This document shows, in pieces, positions 61,964 to 64,000 of a DNA stretch of 64,000 nucleotides. Within the stretch, counting starts at the first letter, position 1. Each line of letters starts with the position of its first letter. The notes beneath the pieces are model-generated. The model made no database searches. It saw only the letters and a list, made by a program, of their open reading frames with translations, and was not told where the DNA came from. Source of the DNA: Flectonema sp. DT1601 (lineage: Eukaryota); contig OZ025788.1 of the NCBI GenBank assembly GCA_964019425.1, positions 558,001 to 622,000 of the forward strand, given 5' to 3'. The position numbers were made by a program, and so were the translations under genes.

Positions 61964-62602
61964 ATGGGATGTGGCTTAAGTAAACAGGATCAATATTATG
62001 AGAATGGTTGGGTTGAAGTTCACGGAAAGTTCCGTCATTCTGAGTCTAGAATGAAGCAAATCGAACCATTGAAATATATTTGGGTACTAAAAAATCCAAA
62101 ACCTTCTCATTCATGTTACGTAACGAGTAATTTAATTAATGAAGTAGGCTTCTCTTTTAGATGTGCTACAATGTTTCATTCTGATGAGTCGTTTGAATTT
62201 GAGCTGATCTCAGAGAAGGGTACTGTACCTCCATTCTTTTTAGCATATGCGTGTGTATCAAACAACGACTGTTCGTTGAATGCTAAAATCCACACGCAGT
62301 TTACAACGGCTGATAGTGTTGTTGCCAATAGCATCCCACAAAGAACTTCACTACCTCTTCCCCGTCGTAGTGTTGGAAGGAATCAAAGTTTTCAGGTTAG
62401 CCCTAGAAGTCGGCCTTCGGTTTCGATTCGAACAGGGCAGATGAATCCTTTATTACTCCGATCTTCTATTATTGGAATTACGGCTAACCCGAGAAGGAGG
62501 TCGTCAATGATTAAATTAAGAGAACGATGGAGTGGACCAGTCAGCATAACAGTCGAATTTGATGACTCACAAGAAATTGATATGTACATACCTCTTAGAT
62601 GA
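61964..62602 (+). CDS. MGCG-starting (putatively myristoylated/palmitoylated) protein, possibly MATH-like fold, 212 aa
   Basis: Start MGCGLSK at ATG 61964 after AAAACAG. KYIWVLKN...SNLINEVGFSFR...VSITVEF loosely resembles MATH strands. Arg/Ser-rich insert. Confidence 0.6.
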   Translation: MGCGLSKQDQYYENGWVEVHGKFRHSESRMKQIEPLKYIWVLKNPKPSHSCYVTSNLINEVGFSFRCATMFHSDESFEFELISEKGTVPPFFLAYACVSNNDCSLNAKIHTQFTTADSVVANSIPQRTSLPLPRRSVGRNQSFQVSPRSRPSVSIRTGQMNPLLLRSSIIGITANPRRRSSMIKLRERWSGPVSITVEFDDSQEIDMYIPLR

Positions 62603-62750
62603 ATTGTCATCTTCTATACTTCTCTGTGCAATCAATCCGTTGACGGGACGTCGGTTCGTTACAAATATATTTTCACTCCGTCATTTCCATGTCGTGAGTT
62701 GTGCTCAAAACTGATATTTAAATTGGTTTCAATTACTGTAATTATAAATA

Positions 62751-64000
62751 TCACGGTGTATAAAAAATTTGGAGTATAACAACTTTGGATATAAAAAAGA
62801 TGGTGGATTCTCGGAAAAAAAACTTGGTGGATTTTTATAAAAAAGTATGAAAGTACACATTTTGACTGTAAAATGGTAGTTTTTGGGGATGAAATTTTTC
62901 ACACTATGCGGAATTTTTTGAAAAAACGGGATCCTTTTGAACCCCTGAAGACGTCGGTAAGCAAGGTGGAGCTGGGTTTGATAAAGAAAGAGGAGCGGGT
63001 AAAGGAGCACAAAAGTCTCGCTGCTATGAGAAGTGGTCAAGGGGGGAGTGGCTTAACATCGGTGAGATGGTGAACTCTGCCACCAATGTGTCAAGGGCGA
63101 TTGCATACTTCAACACGGACCATAAGAAGAAATCAACAGTGCAGGCAGGGCAATGAAGCTCTTTGTTGAGGAACAAAAGAGGAAGACAAAGGGAGAACCA
63201 CTAGAAGGGCAGGTGAAATCTGGGAGACCAACCATCTTAACCACTGATGAGGAAGCGGGTGCTCGATTTAATTGAGAATATCCGTGCCTATGGTGGCTCT
63301 GTGTTTGCTTCTCTTCTCTGGTTTCAAGCACAGGTGATACGCCGGAACGCGTGGATTCCGGTTACCTACAAGCAACATGGACCTACAAGTTCCTGGAACG
63401 GAAGGGTTGGATACCGTCTTGGAACCACTGCGAAAGTAGCGCCTGAAGCAGAACTCCTATCAGCTCGGTCAAGGTTTCTGGAGCAATAGTCCCATACTTT
63501 ATTAAGAAACGCTCCAATCGGATCTAAACTAACTAAAAAACACTCCAATCGGATCACCCTGGCCTCGCAGTATATGCCCAGTTTAGGGGGCAGATAACTG
63601 AAGAAGTCCTTCGTCGATTTGAAGAAGCCAATACCACGGTTATACTGGTGCAAGGCGGATGGACTTCTCATCTCCGGCCGCTGGATCTAACTGTCATGGC
63701 CAACTTCAAAGAAGCATCAAGCTTTCTTGGTGAGTGGATGACAGAGCAGATGCGCAAGCGGGAGGAAAAGTTGAAAAAATCAAAGCAAAAAGCTGATAGA
63801 AACTTTAAAGCGCGCTGCGAAAGGGAAGGGTCCAAAGGGAGCTCCTGAATCCGAACCCATGTCAAAATGGATGAAGGAGCTCACAAAAACGAAGTCGCAA
63901 ATTGGGTAGATAGTGACAGCCCTTGATAGTATTACGAAAAATACTATCATGGCTGGTTTTATAAAAGCAGGTATTGTCAATCCTGCAAATCCACCCGAGC
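62751..64000 (+). mobile_element. decayed pogo/Tigger-like (Tc1-mariner superfamily) DNA transposon, runs off the window end
   Basis: Fragments in different frames: GRPTILTTDEE (HTH linker), FASLLWF (CENP-B-type HTH-like), QGGWTSHLRPLDLTVMANFK (cf. PxxxTSxLQPLDxxVxxxFK of DDE_1), TIMAGFIKAGI. Stops and frameshifts present. Preceded by repeated TATAAAAAA..TGGA motifs; left boundary approximate. Confidence 0.75.

Noticed and set aside
1..64000. Spliced-leader RNA gene, rRNA or telomeric repeat arrays
   Set aside because: No CAGTTTCTGTACT-type leader core, rRNA signature or (TTAGGG)n array noticed by eye.

Overview
Eukaryotic (protist-type), AT-rich genomic DNA. About 11 protein genes, all on the + strand, sit in compact clusters separated by homopolymer-rich non-coding tracts of about 19, 6 and 6 kb. 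In order: an intronless AfsA/ScbA-like hotdog-fold protein ending in a PTS1-type signal (-AKL); a PHO80/P-type cyclin; a Lys/Pro-rich protein with a Dpy-30-like helix; a KY/hillarin-like transglutaminase-fold protein lacking its catalytic Cys/His; two tandem Trf4/TENT4-like nucleotidyltransferases with an E-x-D...N triad; a 4-exon, ~4355-aa, strongly divergent axonemal dynein heavy chain lacking the AAA1 Walker B; a coiled-coil orphan; a CTD small phosphatase (3 exons); a PVTSVRE CDK (4 exons); an MGCG-starting protein; and a decayed pogo-type transposon at the end. Nine GT-AG introns were reconstructed by reading-frame continuity; they have GTATGT-type donors and A/C-rich rather than pyrimidine-rich acceptors. 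Co-orientation, MGCG acylation and intron style would fit a euglenozoan such as a diplonemid, but this is inference only. The top lead is the apparently peroxisome-targeted AfsA-like enzyme. All family calls come from motif recognition by eye; no searches were run.
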